The notes beneath the pieces were generated by a model, which saw only the letters and a list, made by a program, of their open reading frames with translations, did not search any database and was not told the origin of the DNA. Shown one piece after another: positions 8,789 through 18,939 of a stretch of DNA of 64,000 nt. Each line of letters opens with the position of its first letter. Within the stretch, counting starts at the first letter, position 1. The stretch covers positions 7,408 to 71,407 of the forward strand of contig CAYOPZ010000006.1 in NCBI GenBank assembly GCA_964406005.1. Reading direction: 5' to 3'. Made by a program: the position numbers and the translations under genes. Source of the stretch: an uncultured Bacteroidaceae bacterium (GTDB taxonomy: Bacteria; Bacteroidota; Bacteroidia; Bacteroidales; SM23-62).

Positions 8789-10075
8789 GTGAAAAAATTA
8801 GTCATAACAATACTGTTTGCTGTTGCAGGCTCGCAGTTCATGAATGCCCAGGAAAGGGATCTTGATTTCTATATCATTCAGGCAAAAGAAAACAGTCCGC
8901 TTATTCAACAGGCAGACAATGAAAACAAGATCGTGTCCCTTGACCTGGAGCAAATGAACAGGATACTTTATAAACCTGAAATTAACCTGGTTTCAGGATT
9001 TACACTTTCTCCGATTATTTCAAGGGACAATAATAGCAACAGCTTTCATCTGGTATCTGAAGGCGCAACGGATTACATAGGTCATGACCTTGCCCTGACC
9101 GATGGAGGGCAATACCAGGCATTGGTTTCGCTGCGTCAACCATTATTGTCAGGATCAAAATTTGAGGCATATTCGAACAGAGCAGATATTTCAAAACGGA
9201 TCAATGAAAATAACATATCACTGACCATACATGAGTTACAGCAGGTAGTGAGCTACCAATATCTTCTCTGCATCAAAGCCAATAAAGAGGCAGAGAATAC
9301 CCTGTCACTGCTGAGGAAACTCGAAGATGAGTACAATTTGGTTCAAAAACTTGTGAGTAACGGGATATATAAGCAAACAGACCTCATGCTGTTACAAATT
9401 GAACTTGAGAAATATAATCTTGAATATATAACCTACCGCTCTGATTACATTTCAAATCTTTTTGACTTAAACCTTATATGCGGAATATCAGACACCCTTA
9501 TTGTTGATCTAAAGAATATTGATTTCTCGATCAATCCAGAAATTACCGGAAAATCCGGCTTCCTTACCGGATTTGTACTTGATAGCCTCAGTATTCTTTC
9601 AGACCAGGCAATCGATGAATTGAAATACAAGCCCCAATTGGAATTATTTGCTGATGCGGGACTTAATGCTACTTACCTTCCCTATCCGAAGCGGATTGGA
9701 TTGAGTACCGGACTAACATTCAGCTGGAATATCTTTGATGGGCACCAGCGTGACATTCAGAGGGAGAAATCGACCATTAATATGCAGACGATTGAATTCA
9801 ATAAGAAACATTTCATGACTAAGAATGAAATCAGTAAAATCAAGATTCTTAATCAGATCAGTTCTATTAATGAGAGGATTATACTGATGCAAAAGCAGGC
9901 AGATACCTATAAACGGCTTTTTGATGCATATTCAAAAGAGTTAAGTATCGGAGAAGCTTCTGTAATGGATTTTAAAAATCTGCTTCAGGATATTGCTATG
10001 AATAATAATGATTTACTGCAGCTCAAATCAGAAAAGCAATTCCTGATCAATTCATATAATTATCTGAATTATTAA
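8789..10075 (+). CDS. TolC-like outer-membrane efflux protein
   Basis: Signal peptide and a 428-aa coiled-coil-rich repeat architecture. It is first in a TolC-MFP-RND gene order. GTG start. Confidence 0.75.
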   Translation: MKKLVITILFAVAGSQFMNAQERDLDFYIIQAKENSPLIQQADNENKIVSLDLEQMNRILYKPEINLVSGFTLSPIISRDNNSNSFHLVSEGATDYIGHDLALTDGGQYQALVSLRQPLLSGSKFEAYSNRADISKRINENNISLTIHELQQVVSYQYLLCIKANKEAENTLSLLRKLEDEYNLVQKLVSNGIYKQTDLMLLQIELEKYNLEYITYRSDYISNLFDLNLICGISDTLIVDLKNIDFSINPEITGKSGFLTGFVLDSLSILSDQAIDELKYKPQLELFADAGLNATYLPYPKRIGLSTGLTFSWNIFDGHQRDIQREKSTINMQTIEFNKKHFMTKNEISKIKILNQISSINERIILMQKQADTYKRLFDAYSKELSIGEASVMDFKNLLQDIAMNNNDLLQLKSEKQFLINSYNYLNY

Positions 10076-10086
10076 AAATACCCATA

Positions 10087-10995
10087 ATGAAAAGGTTATC
10101 AATATTAATTGTATGCTATAGTCTGATTCATCTTCTACCTTCCTGTAAAACCAAAAATAATATCGATGAAGAACAGATGCCCATTGTTTCGGTTAAGGCA
10201 GAATCCCTTGTCAGGGGTGCGATTGAAAGTGAAGTGAATTTTAACGGGAATACGGTATATCTGGAAAAAAACCAGGTTGTTGCCCCCATTTCCGGGTATG
10301 TGGTCAGGGCGAACGTAAAATTCGGACAGGAGGTGCAAAAAGACATGGTTCTTTTCGAGCTTAAAACCAGGGAGAGTACAGTTTTAGAAACAAGTAACGA
10401 TACCTCAGGAATATCAGGTAAAGTATTGATACATGCAAATTCTGGTGGTTATATTAATGAACTGAATATCTACAAGACGGGAGTTTATGTAGCGGAAGGA
10501 AGTCTCCTGTGCAATATTGTTAACAGCAAAGATCTCCTGATCAAATTGAACATGCCTTATGAATATGTTTCACTTCTCAGCAGTGAACAAAAGTGTAAGA
10601 TAAAGTTGGTGGACAGTACAATAATCAGTGGATCGGTATACAGGATACTGCCTTCTGTAGATGTATCAAATCAGACTCAGACCGTCCTAATAAATGCTGA
10701 AACCGAAAGGTTATTACCTGAAAACCTGAATCTTCTGATATATTTTGTGAAGGAAAAACATAATAATGTATTGCTTATTTCAAAATCATCGTTGATGACC
10801 GATGAGACTCAGCATGAATTCTGGATTATGAAAATTGGGACGGGAAATACGGCGGTTAAGGTTCCAGTGATAAAAGGTCTTGAAAATGACAGTTTAGTTG
10901 AGATCATTTCCCCAGATCTGAATGTGAACGATTTGATCATTAGTCAGGGTGCTTACGGCTTGCCAGACAGCACTTTGGTCAGCATTGTTAATTGA
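10087..10995 (+). CDS. efflux RND periplasmic adaptor (membrane fusion protein)
   Basis: Lipoprotein-like signal (LLPSC). 302 aa, lying between the TolC-like and RND pump genes. HlyD/biotinyl-lipoyl-like segment APISGYVVRANVKFGQEVQKDMVLFEL. Confidence 0.8.
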   Translation: MKRLSILIVCYSLIHLLPSCKTKNNIDEEQMPIVSVKAESLVRGAIESEVNFNGNTVYLEKNQVVAPISGYVVRANVKFGQEVQKDMVLFELKTRESTVLETSNDTSGISGKVLIHANSGGYINELNIYKTGVYVAEGSLLCNIVNSKDLLIKLNMPYEYVSLLSSEQKCKIKLVDSTIISGSVYRILPSVDVSNQTQTVLINAETERLLPENLNLLIYFVKEKHNNVLLISKSSLMTDETQHEFWIMKIGTGNTAVKVPVIKGLENDSLVEIISPDLNVNDLIISQGAYGLPDSTLVSIVN

Positions 10996-10996
10996 T

Positions 10997-13900
10997 ATGA
11001 AAAATATATTTACATCGTTAAAAACACCTTTGGCTGTAATACTGCTACTTATCCTGGCAGGTGGGGTGTATTCCTATAAGAATTTAAAAACGTCATTATT
11101 CCCGAATGTAACCTTCCCAAAGATTAAAATCATTGCGGATAATGGTGAACAGCCTGTTGACAAGATGATGATCGAGGTGACCAAGCCCCTTGAAGATGCA
11201 ATTAAAAGAGTTGAATACATTAGCATGGTTAGGAGTGCAACCACCATGGGGAGCTGCGAGATTTCAGCATATATGCAATGGGGGTCTGATATTGATCTCG
11301 ACAAACAACAGGTTGAGTCACAAATTGCACGTATAAAAAGCAGTTTACCGCCTGAGATTGAAATCACAGTCGAAAAAATGAATCCCTCCATTCTGCCTGT
11401 AATGGGATATTCTGTGATTTCAGATACGAAAAGTCAGGTTGAACTGAAGCTTATTGCTGAATATATCATAAAGCCATATCTCTCAAGAATTCATGGAGTT
11501 TCTTCAGTCCAGGTTATAGGGGGCAAAGTGAAGGAATACCGGATTATTCCTGATGAGGAGAAACTGAAGATGCTGAAGCTCAGTCCCCAGGAAGTCATTC
11601 AGGTGCTGAAACAAACGAACTTCATTAAATCAACTGGCTATACGACAGATTATAACAGACTCTACCTTACTGTGACTGATGCGACAATACGCAATAGGCA
11701 ACAACTTGAAAACCTGGTGTTGTTAAATAACGGTATTCGAAGCATTAAAGTCTCGGATGTGGCAGATGTAGAAATAGCCGAACGCAATGAATATATCAAG
11801 ATCAAAGCTGACGGTAGGGATGTACCGCTGGTTGCTGTCCTTAAACAACCTGAAAGTAACCTCATTGACGTGGCTGATCAGGTTTCGGAAAGCGTAAAAG
11901 AGTTAAACAAGGTACTCCCTCCCGGAGTCATCTTGAAACCATATTACAACCAGTCCGAGTTTGTCCACAACAGTATCAGAAGTATCATCGATGTTCTCTG
12001 GATTGGGCTGCTCCTTGCAATATTTGTGGTCGTGATATTTCTTCGTTCGGTAAAAGCCAGCGGTGTCGTGCTGATCACGATCCCTCTGACACTTTCCCTT
12101 ACTTTTCTTTCACTCAGTGTACTTGGCTTTGATTTTAATATTATGACCATCGGAGCCATTGCAGCTGCTATCGGATTGATCATTGATGATGCAATTATTG
12201 TTGTGGAACAAATCCACCGAACCCATGAAGAATTCCCCGATAGGCTCCCGAAGGAACTGGTCGGTAAGGCCATTAGCTTCCTCTTTCCTGCAATGGTAAG
12301 TTCCTCACTTGCCACGATTGTCATTCTTCTCCCCTTCGTACTTATGACAGGCATTGCAGGGGCATATTTCAAGATCCTTACCATGACAATGATCATCACC
12401 CTGGTATGTTCTTTCCTGGTCACCTGGGTCGGTCTGCCGGTGCTTTACCTGTTGCTTTCCAGAAATAGGCCCCTTTCGAAAAAAGTTGAAATTCATCAGG
12501 TCAGGACACGTAAATGGATCAGGTTCTTCATACTACGGCCCTATCTAAGCATTATATTCATTCTGCTGCTTGTTGTGAGCCTCTTTCTAGTAATCCCGAA
12601 ACTAACTACTGGCTTCCTGCCCGAGATGGATGAAGGTTCAATTGTCCTGGATTATAAATCCCCCCCGGGAACTTCTCTTGAAGAGACAGATAGGTTGCTT
12701 ACGGAAGTGGATAAGATCCTCGAGACTGTTCCCGAAGTAAAAACATACTCACGACGCACAGGTACACAAATGGGATTTTTCATAACTGAACCTAATGATG
12801 GTGATTATCTCATCGAGCTTAAAAACCCCAGAAACAAAAGCACCGAGCAGGTTGCCGATAACATCCGCAAAAAAGTTGAGGCCGCTGTTCCTGCTCTCAC
12901 TGTTGACTTCGGACAGGTGATCACTGACATGCTGGGAGACCTGATGCAGAGCGTCCAACCCATCGAAATCAAGATCTTTGGGGATGATTACAAGAAACTG
13001 GAAGAACTCTCAATACTGGTTGCCGACAGTGTCAGCAAGGTGGAGGGAACGGCAGATGTTTTTGACGGGATGATTGTCTCGGGACCAATCTTAAATATAA
13101 TTCCCAAGGAGGAGGTCCTTAAGCAATACGGACTTACATCTGAGGATATACAGGAACAGGCAGAAGCCTGGATGGGAGGCGTTGTGGTGGGATCAATACC
13201 TGAAAAGGAACAATATACAGATGTAAGAATGATTTACCCCCTGAACAATGTAACTCCATTTGAAAGGATCAAAAACATTAGTATAAGCACACCAATTGGT
13301 GAGTATTTCCCATTGAGTAAATTCGCCACCTTTTCAATCCAGCGAGGAGTATCAGAGATTAAAAGAGAAAATCTTCAATCGATGGGGGCAGTTACTGCAA
13401 GGCTTGCTAATCGCGATCTTGGAAGCGTGATGAAAGACATTCAGAAAAAACTTTCAGGGATTGTACTGCCTGCTTCATACCAGATAGTCTATGGTGGTTC
13501 CTATGCTGAACAGCAACAGTCGTTTGCCGAATTGCTTAAAATACTAATTATCAGCATCCTCCTTGTTTTTCTTGTAGTCCTGTTCATGTTCAGGGATTTG
13601 AGGCTTTCCCTGATCGTAATCCTGATCAGCGCTCTCGGGCTGGCAGGCGGATTCATTGCATTATATCTTACACATATTCCTTTAAACGTTGGAAGCTATA
13701 CAGGATTGATCATGATCGTTGGTATTATCGGGGAGAATTCCATTTTTACGATACAACAGTTCCTGTCAGAGTATAAAAATTCAGATGTTGAAGGAGCATT
13801 AAGCCATGCCATATCTGCTCGTTTGCGTCCCAAGTTAATGACTGCTTCAGGTGCAATAGTCGCGCTTACTCCTCTCGCTCTCGGTATCGGTACGGGAGCC

Positions 13901-14008
13901 CAGATGCATCAGCCACTAGCTATTGCTGTTATAGGTGGGTTGGTTATGGCGTTGCCATTATTGTTAATCGCTTTGCCTGGCTTGTTGAAGCTGGTTTTCA
14001 GGAGATAA
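10997..14008 (+). CDS. RND efflux transporter permease (AcrB/CzcA superfamily)
   Basis: About 1003 aa with 12 TM-like segments in two 6-TM bundles separated by large periplasmic loops. The start is set at the ATG at 10997 (MKNIFTSLK...), immediately after the adaptor stop. The track start at 10949 overlaps the adaptor gene. Confidence 0.9.
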   Translation: MKNIFTSLKTPLAVILLLILAGGVYSYKNLKTSLFPNVTFPKIKIIADNGEQPVDKMMIEVTKPLEDAIKRVEYISMVRSATTMGSCEISAYMQWGSDIDLDKQQVESQIARIKSSLPPEIEITVEKMNPSILPVMGYSVISDTKSQVELKLIAEYIIKPYLSRIHGVSSVQVIGGKVKEYRIIPDEEKLKMLKLSPQEVIQVLKQTNFIKSTGYTTDYNRLYLTVTDATIRNRQQLENLVLLNNGIRSIKVSDVADVEIAERNEYIKIKADGRDVPLVAVLKQPESNLIDVADQVSESVKELNKVLPPGVILKPYYNQSEFVHNSIRSIIDVLWIGLLLAIFVVVIFLRSVKASGVVLITIPLTLSLTFLSLSVLGFDFNIMTIGAIAAAIGLIIDDAIIVVEQIHRTHEEFPDRLPKELVGKAISFLFPAMVSSSLATIVILLPFVLMTGIAGAYFKILTMTMIITLVCSFLVTWVGLPVLYLLLSRNRPLSKKVEIHQVRTRKWIRFFILRPYLSIIFILLLVVSLFLVIPKLTTGFLPEMDEGSIVLDYKSPPGTSLEETDRLLTEVDKILETVPEVKTYSRRTGTQMGFFITEPNDGDYLIELKNPRNKSTEQVADNIRKKVEAAVPALTVDFGQVITDMLGDLMQSVQPIEIKIFGDDYKKLEELSILVADSVSKVEGTADVFDGMIVSGPILNIIPKEEVLKQYGLTSEDIQEQAEAWMGGVVVGSIPEKEQYTDVRMIYPLNNVTPFERIKNISISTPIGEYFPLSKFATFSIQRGVSEIKRENLQSMGAVTARLANRDLGSVMKDIQKKLSGIVLPASYQIVYGGSYAEQQQSFAELLKILIISILLVFLVVLFMFRDLRLSLIVILISALGLAGGFIALYLTHIPLNVGSYTGLIMIVGIIGENSIFTIQQFLSEYKNSDVEGALSHAISARLRPKLMTASGAIVALTPLALGIGTGAQMHQPLAIAVIGGLVMALPLLLIALPGLLKLVFRR

Positions 14009-14020
14009 TTTATCTTTCAA

Positions 14021-15208
14021 ATGCGATTAAATATTATAATCATCCTAATTGTTTCGCTGATTCCAACTTTTATTAAAGCACAATCAGATTCAATTGATTA
14101 TCTGCCTCAAAAAGAACATAAATACCTTTCAATACAATCTGAATTTCAATATGGGTATGTCTTTCCTACCAACGAGTTTATCAGAGGTTTGAATTCTGAG
14201 AATGACAGAATTAATGGTTTTAGGACATTTTCACTGAAGTTCTCTGCTCAGACAACAGGAAAGAAGCTTTGGGAACAGTTGTATGGTTATCCCAATTGGG
14301 GGATAGGAATTTATCTTGCCGATTTCTATGCCCCTGAAGAAATAGGACGTCCATTTGCTATTTTTGGATTTTTCAACGGTCCCTTCAAGAGATGGGAGAA
14401 CCTGAGGTTCAACTATGAACTCGGATTTGGTGTGACCTTTAACTGGAAATCCTTCAATCCGGTGACAAATCAATACAATATTGCCATAGGGGCTGACGAA
14501 TCTTTTATCATTGATGCCGGAATGAATTTGCAGTACAATCTGACCGATCGGATTGAGCTGATTTCTGGATTAAGCCTAACCCATTTTTCCAATGGAGCCC
14601 TAAAAAAACCAAATTTCGGTATTAATACAATTGCCCCTAAAATTGGAGTTAAATATAATTTCTATCATCCGCCATTGTTTAAAACACAGGATGTACCTGA
14701 ATTCACTGGAAAAAATGAATGGTTGTTGTCCGGATTTGGTGGAACGAAAAATGTGATTTTTGATTCAGTAAGTGTGGATGTAATGGAAACATATGAAGGT
14801 GTGTTCTATCCGGTTTTTGGGATTTCGGCGGGCTACAACAGACAAATAAGTTTTAAATCAAAAATAGGATTTGGAATGACTATGTCATATGATGGGTCTG
14901 TAAATGCCCAGGTTGCGATCGAGGAAAATGAACTGGACCCGGTCGATAGTCCTTTCATTGATAAGTTTCAGCTAAGTATTTATCCTTCCTATGAACTGGT
15001 AATTAACAAATTATCCCTGGTCCTGCAGCCGGCATTATATATTTATCGAAAAGAATTTGCGAATCAGTCACCGGCATTTTTTCAACGAATTGGACTAAAG
15101 TACTATTTATCAGATAATCTTTACATGGGAGTAATTCTCAGGGATTATGCTTTCCACGTTTCCGATTACATAGAATGGACCATTGGTTACCGGTTTAGGA
15201 GAAATTGA
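14021..15208 (+). CDS. PagL-like acyloxyacyl hydrolase / lipid A deacylase-family outer membrane protein
   Basis: Signal peptide and beta-strand-rich sequence. The LTHFSNG motif resembles the His-x-Ser-Asn catalytic region of PagL-type proteins. Assigned from the motif only. Confidence 0.5.
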   Translation: MRLNIIIILIVSLIPTFIKAQSDSIDYLPQKEHKYLSIQSEFQYGYVFPTNEFIRGLNSENDRINGFRTFSLKFSAQTTGKKLWEQLYGYPNWGIGIYLADFYAPEEIGRPFAIFGFFNGPFKRWENLRFNYELGFGVTFNWKSFNPVTNQYNIAIGADESFIIDAGMNLQYNLTDRIELISGLSLTHFSNGALKKPNFGINTIAPKIGVKYNFYHPPLFKTQDVPEFTGKNEWLLSGFGGTKNVIFDSVSVDVMETYEGVFYPVFGISAGYNRQISFKSKIGFGMTMSYDGSVNAQVAIEENELDPVDSPFIDKFQLSIYPSYELVINKLSLVLQPALYIYRKEFANQSPAFFQRIGLKYYLSDNLYMGVILRDYAFHVSDYIEWTIGYRFRRN

Positions 15209-15274
15209 TTTATCTTAAAAATTCCTTTAGAATCACCTTTTAGATTTGCTTTTGTAATCAAAAACCAAAAGCAA

Positions 15275-15742
15275 ATGAAAACATCAATTTTAATTTTATC
15301 AGCTGTTGTCCTCATTGGTTTTACTGCCTGCGGCCAATCCGGTAAGGAAGTCCCCCAAGCTGTCAAAACAGCCTTCACACAAAAATTTCCGGATGCAAGT
15401 CAGGTAAAATGGGATAAGGAGAATGACAATGAATGGGAAGCAGAATTTAAGATGAATGGCATGGAGTATTCTGCAAATTTCGACAATGCAGGCACCTGGA
15501 CCGAAACCGAATATGAGATCAGCCTCAAAGAAATTCCTGAAGCAGTTAAAACATCCCTGGATAATGAGTCAGACGGCGCCAAAGTAAAAGCGTCAGAAGT
15601 TAGTGAAACAACCGAAGGAAAAGTCTATGAATTTGTTCTTCGCAAGGGTGAGAATGAAACAGAACTTGTAATCGATGAGACTGGTAAAATTATTAATAAG
15701 GAACAGTCGAAAGAGGAAGAGGAAGAAGAGGATGATGATTAA
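15275..15742 (+). CDS. PepSY-like (DUF2874-type) periplasmic lipoprotein with acidic tail
   Basis: Lipobox FTAC. There are two copies of a repeat of the pattern P..V...F...FP.A....W......EYE (KTAFTQKFPDASQVKWDKE..., IPEAVKTSLDNE...). C-terminal EEEEEEDDD tail. Confidence 0.7.
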   Translation: MKTSILILSAVVLIGFTACGQSGKEVPQAVKTAFTQKFPDASQVKWDKENDNEWEAEFKMNGMEYSANFDNAGTWTETEYEISLKEIPEAVKTSLDNESDGAKVKASEVSETTEGKVYEFVLRKGENETELVIDETGKIINKEQSKEEEEEEDDD

Positions 15743-15785
15743 AAATGAATAGTCACAAGTAGCAGTTTTCGAAGGCCAAAATACC

Positions 15786-15827
15786 GTGCCTGCGGGGTGA
15801 AATAGAAGACCTGCAGGCACTTTCTTC
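15786..15827 (+). terminator. rho-independent terminator after the PepSY-like gene
   Basis: gtgcctgcgg ... cctgcaggcac stem followed by tttcttc. Confidence 0.65.
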
Positions 15828-15880
15828 ACATACACGACCCAACCTTTATTTAACGGTTTAATCTATATAATATAAAAACC

Positions 15881-16441
15881 TTGCAGCCAAATTATCTGGA
15901 TACTAAGGATCTGATTCTTAAATGTATCAGAAATGACTCAGGCGCTCAGAAGGAATTGTATAATCGTTATGCACCAAAAATGCTGAGCATTTGTTATCGC
16001 TATGCTTCGTCAAAAGATGATGCAGAAGATATATTCCAGGATGGTTTTTTAAAAGTATATGAGAATTTATATCAATTGAAAGATTATGATCTTTTAGAAT
16101 GGTGGATGAAGAAAATATTTATAAATGAAGCTTTGAAACTCTATAACAGTAAAAAACGTCTCTACCTGGTCGACAATCTGTCACATTTAATGCCTATTCC
16201 TGAGGCAGAACATGATGTCTTGGATAGTCTAAATACAGAGGAATTGACACGTCTGATACAGAAATTGCCATACAAAATGCGTATGGTATTTAATATGTAT
16301 GCAATTGAGGGATTCAGCCATTCAGAGATTGCAACCATGTTGAAAATTTCGGAAGGGACTTCCAAATCAAATCTCCATGATGCCAGAAAAACACTGCAAA
16401 GAAAAATTTCAGCACACGAAAAAATAAAAAAACTGGGCTGA
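15881..16441 (+). CDS. ECF-type RNA polymerase sigma-70 family factor
   Basis: Region 2 (DAEDIFQDGFLKVYENL) and region 4 HTH (EGFSHSEIATMLKISEGTSKSNLHDARKTL). TTG start. Confidence 0.85.
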   Translation: MQPNYLDTKDLILKCIRNDSGAQKELYNRYAPKMLSICYRYASSKDDAEDIFQDGFLKVYENLYQLKDYDLLEWWMKKIFINEALKLYNSKKRLYLVDNLSHLMPIPEAEHDVLDSLNTEELTRLIQKLPYKMRMVFNMYAIEGFSHSEIATMLKISEGTSKSNLHDARKTLQRKISAHEKIKKLG

Positions 16442-16442
16442 T

Positions 16443-17942
16443 ATGGAAGCCGACAGGACAGATAAGGAATTCGATAAGGTCTTTAGGAAACGATATGAAA
16501 GTCATTCCATCGTGCCGGACAGATCACTTTGGGAAGGCATAAATACGCGTTTATACCAGAAAAAAATTGATGGAAATTTTCATAAAGTCAGACAATTAAA
16601 AATCGCGATATCAGCAGTAGCAGCAATCTTAACCGGTGTTATTGTTTATTCCTTGACCAAGCCATCAGACAACAAACCTGAAATACCAATCATTTCTGAA
16701 GTCCCCAAAACTCAATCCTCCTCTAAAAATGGGGCTGAACAAATACAGAAATTGAAACAAAATAATCTGATAAATGAGGATCAATCATTAGACTCTCAAG
16801 AAGGTTCTGATAGTAATATTTTCGCGGATTCAGTAATTGGAAGATTGGAAGTATATAAGGAAAATCTGGCTATCAATGACCCATCTATAAGACAGGTTCT
16901 CGATTCTATATCTAAGAATTCTGTTGTTAAGGAACCTTCAGAATTTCAAAATTCTCAGGCTTCGAATAATAAAGATCTTCAACCTGTTGTTGATAGCATT
17001 TTACCAGAATATTTTCAGCCCGACAATTTAAAAATCAATGAACATCTTGCAACAGTATTACCCGGATCAATTAGATCAGCTACAAATACATCTGTTGAAG
17101 ATACTATGTTGATAGTGGTAAATGCCATAAAACCTGCTACCAAAATATCCACACAATATGAAATAATAATGCCTGACGTTGATCCTGACCTTGACCAATT
17201 AAGCGAATTAGCCTTATCAGGTAAACAAAGAAGATCCACTCATTTTTTCATAGAAGGATTTGTTTCGCCTGAAATCTCCTACCGGGCTCTTTTTACCAAT
17301 TCAAATTATAGTGTTCCCGACTATAACATAGCGTATTTTAATAAAACAGAAAGTCCGGATATCACATTTTCAGCCGGGATTTTAGGAGGATTTCAAATAA
17401 CAGATAGATTAATACTGAGGACTGGAGCTTTTTTATCCAGATACTCTTTTAAATTCAAGACCGAAGCCTTTTATTTATCAAATACAAGCAGCGGAGGAAA
17501 TTTTGTTTATACTTCTTCCGGTCCAGTGAACATATCACTTTTTTCTTCGGACTCCATATCAAATGAATCCCTTATTAAGTCATCCATTGATTTTTCATAT
17601 ATAAATATCCCGATATCAGCAGAATTACGTTTTAGGTACAATTACTTTTTAACCCTGGGATTGAATTTTAATATGCTGGCATGGCAGAACATGAATTGGC
17701 AAGCTGAGGATTACAATGGAGATTTTACTGAAACAACTGCCGATCCGATCGATGGCCTTGAGTTCGGAGGGTTAAGTATGAATCTGGGACTAGGTAAAGA
17801 AATATATATTGCCCGGCAACTATCACTAATCATTAATCCAAGTTTAAGAATAAATCTGACTGCGCAAAATAAAACATCACCTGTGAAGTCTTATCCCTAT
17901 TCCTGGGGTTTAAATGCAGGTCTGAGATATTATTTTGATTAG
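16443..17942 (+). CDS. putative anti-sigma factor with C-terminal porin-like beta-barrel domain
   Basis: Starts 1 nt after the sigma factor stop. It has a short cytoplasmic N-terminus, a single TM (AISAVAAILTGVIVYSL), a long low-complexity linker, and a C-terminal alternating-hydrophobic beta-strand region of about 230 aa. Confidence 0.6.
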   Translation: MEADRTDKEFDKVFRKRYESHSIVPDRSLWEGINTRLYQKKIDGNFHKVRQLKIAISAVAAILTGVIVYSLTKPSDNKPEIPIISEVPKTQSSSKNGAEQIQKLKQNNLINEDQSLDSQEGSDSNIFADSVIGRLEVYKENLAINDPSIRQVLDSISKNSVVKEPSEFQNSQASNNKDLQPVVDSILPEYFQPDNLKINEHLATVLPGSIRSATNTSVEDTMLIVVNAIKPATKISTQYEIIMPDVDPDLDQLSELALSGKQRRSTHFFIEGFVSPEISYRALFTNSNYSVPDYNIAYFNKTESPDITFSAGILGGFQITDRLILRTGAFLSRYSFKFKTEAFYLSNTSSGGNFVYTSSGPVNISLFSSDSISNESLIKSSIDFSYINIPISAELRFRYNYFLTLGLNFNMLAWQNMNWQAEDYNGDFTETTADPIDGLEFGGLSMNLGLGKEIYIARQLSLIINPSLRINLTAQNKTSPVKSYPYSWGLNAGLRYYFD

Positions 17943-18067
17943 TCATGTTGGTTCTTATGAAAAATATGGAGATTCATACCCAACCATTTCAGCCGCCTTT
18001 GATCATAAGTATTGAATCAATTTTACTCAGAATAACCAAAATCAATTTTAATCTTAAATAAAATAAT

Positions 18068-18841
18068 ATGAAAACACTAAAGAGAATTAGTCCGGTAATG
18101 ATTTTAGTTGCGATGATACTGGTTCTTGCATCCGGATGTGCCAAGGATAGTTCAAGTTTGACCAAATCCTCAATGCTGAACTTATCGCTTTCAACCACCA
18201 AAGGTACTGCATTGAACAATGCCGGGACAAAAGCGGCAACAACTGTTACTGGTGACTTTACATTGAATTCAGCTATGATAAGCATTGCAGACCTGGTAAT
18301 TGAAGAAAACTCCGGAAATGATGTAGAACAGGATGGAAATCACAATGACGGTGGAAAGGATTCTGAAAATGATTCCGGCAATGAGGCCGGAGGGGAACAG
18401 GACGACATAATTCTTCCGGGACCATATACGCTTGATGTTCTTAATGGCACTGTATCAATAGATAAGGTAGCTGTATATCCTGGTACATTCAAGAAAGTGG
18501 ACTTTGCTTTTATAACCAGTATTGAGGCGAATTTTGGAGGCAACTCAATTGTGGTCACAGGTAGTTTCCAGCAATCTGGCGGAACCGTCATACCGGTAGT
18601 TCTCAGGTCAGACTTCAGCGAAACTGTCCAGTTACCCCTTACGGGTAATGGTTTAACAGTAGCTGATAATAGTACTGTGAGTTTAACAATTGTACTGGAC
18701 ATTCCATCCTGGATTAACAATCTTGATCTTTCAGGGGCAGTATTAACCAATAACGAGATTCTTATTGATAATACTGTAAATGAAGACCTCCTGAATTTGT
18801 TCGAGGCAAATCTGGTTTCGTCTATTGAAGTTGAAGATTAG
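18068..18841 (+). CDS. lipoprotein (possibly DUF4382-like)
   Basis: Lipobox LASGC. Contains an acidic/Gly-rich insert. Lies upstream of a TonB-dependent receptor. Family assignment is tentative. Confidence 0.55.
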   Translation: MKTLKRISPVMILVAMILVLASGCAKDSSSLTKSSMLNLSLSTTKGTALNNAGTKAATTVTGDFTLNSAMISIADLVIEENSGNDVEQDGNHNDGGKDSENDSGNEAGGEQDDIILPGPYTLDVLNGTVSIDKVAVYPGTFKKVDFAFITSIEANFGGNSIVVTGSFQQSGGTVIPVVLRSDFSETVQLPLTGNGLTVADNSTVSLTIVLDIPSWINNLDLSGAVLTNNEILIDNTVNEDLLNLFEANLVSSIEVED

Positions 18842-18885
18842 TGACGTATGTAATTAGATTATCATTTGAAGTACCTAGTTGATTT

Positions 18886-18924
18886 ACCCGGGAACTGGGA
18901 GTCATTCAGTTTCCGGGTTTTTAT
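18886..18924 (+). terminator. rho-independent terminator
   Basis: acccgggaact ... agtttccgggt stem (one mismatch) followed by ttttata. Confidence 0.6.
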
Positions 18925-18939
18925 AAGCGTGATATCGAT

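Noticed and set aside
10949-10996. Upstream extension of the RND pump ORF
   Set aside because: It overlaps the last 47 nt of the adaptor gene. The ATG at 10997 gives the usual MKNIF... start immediately after the adaptor stop.
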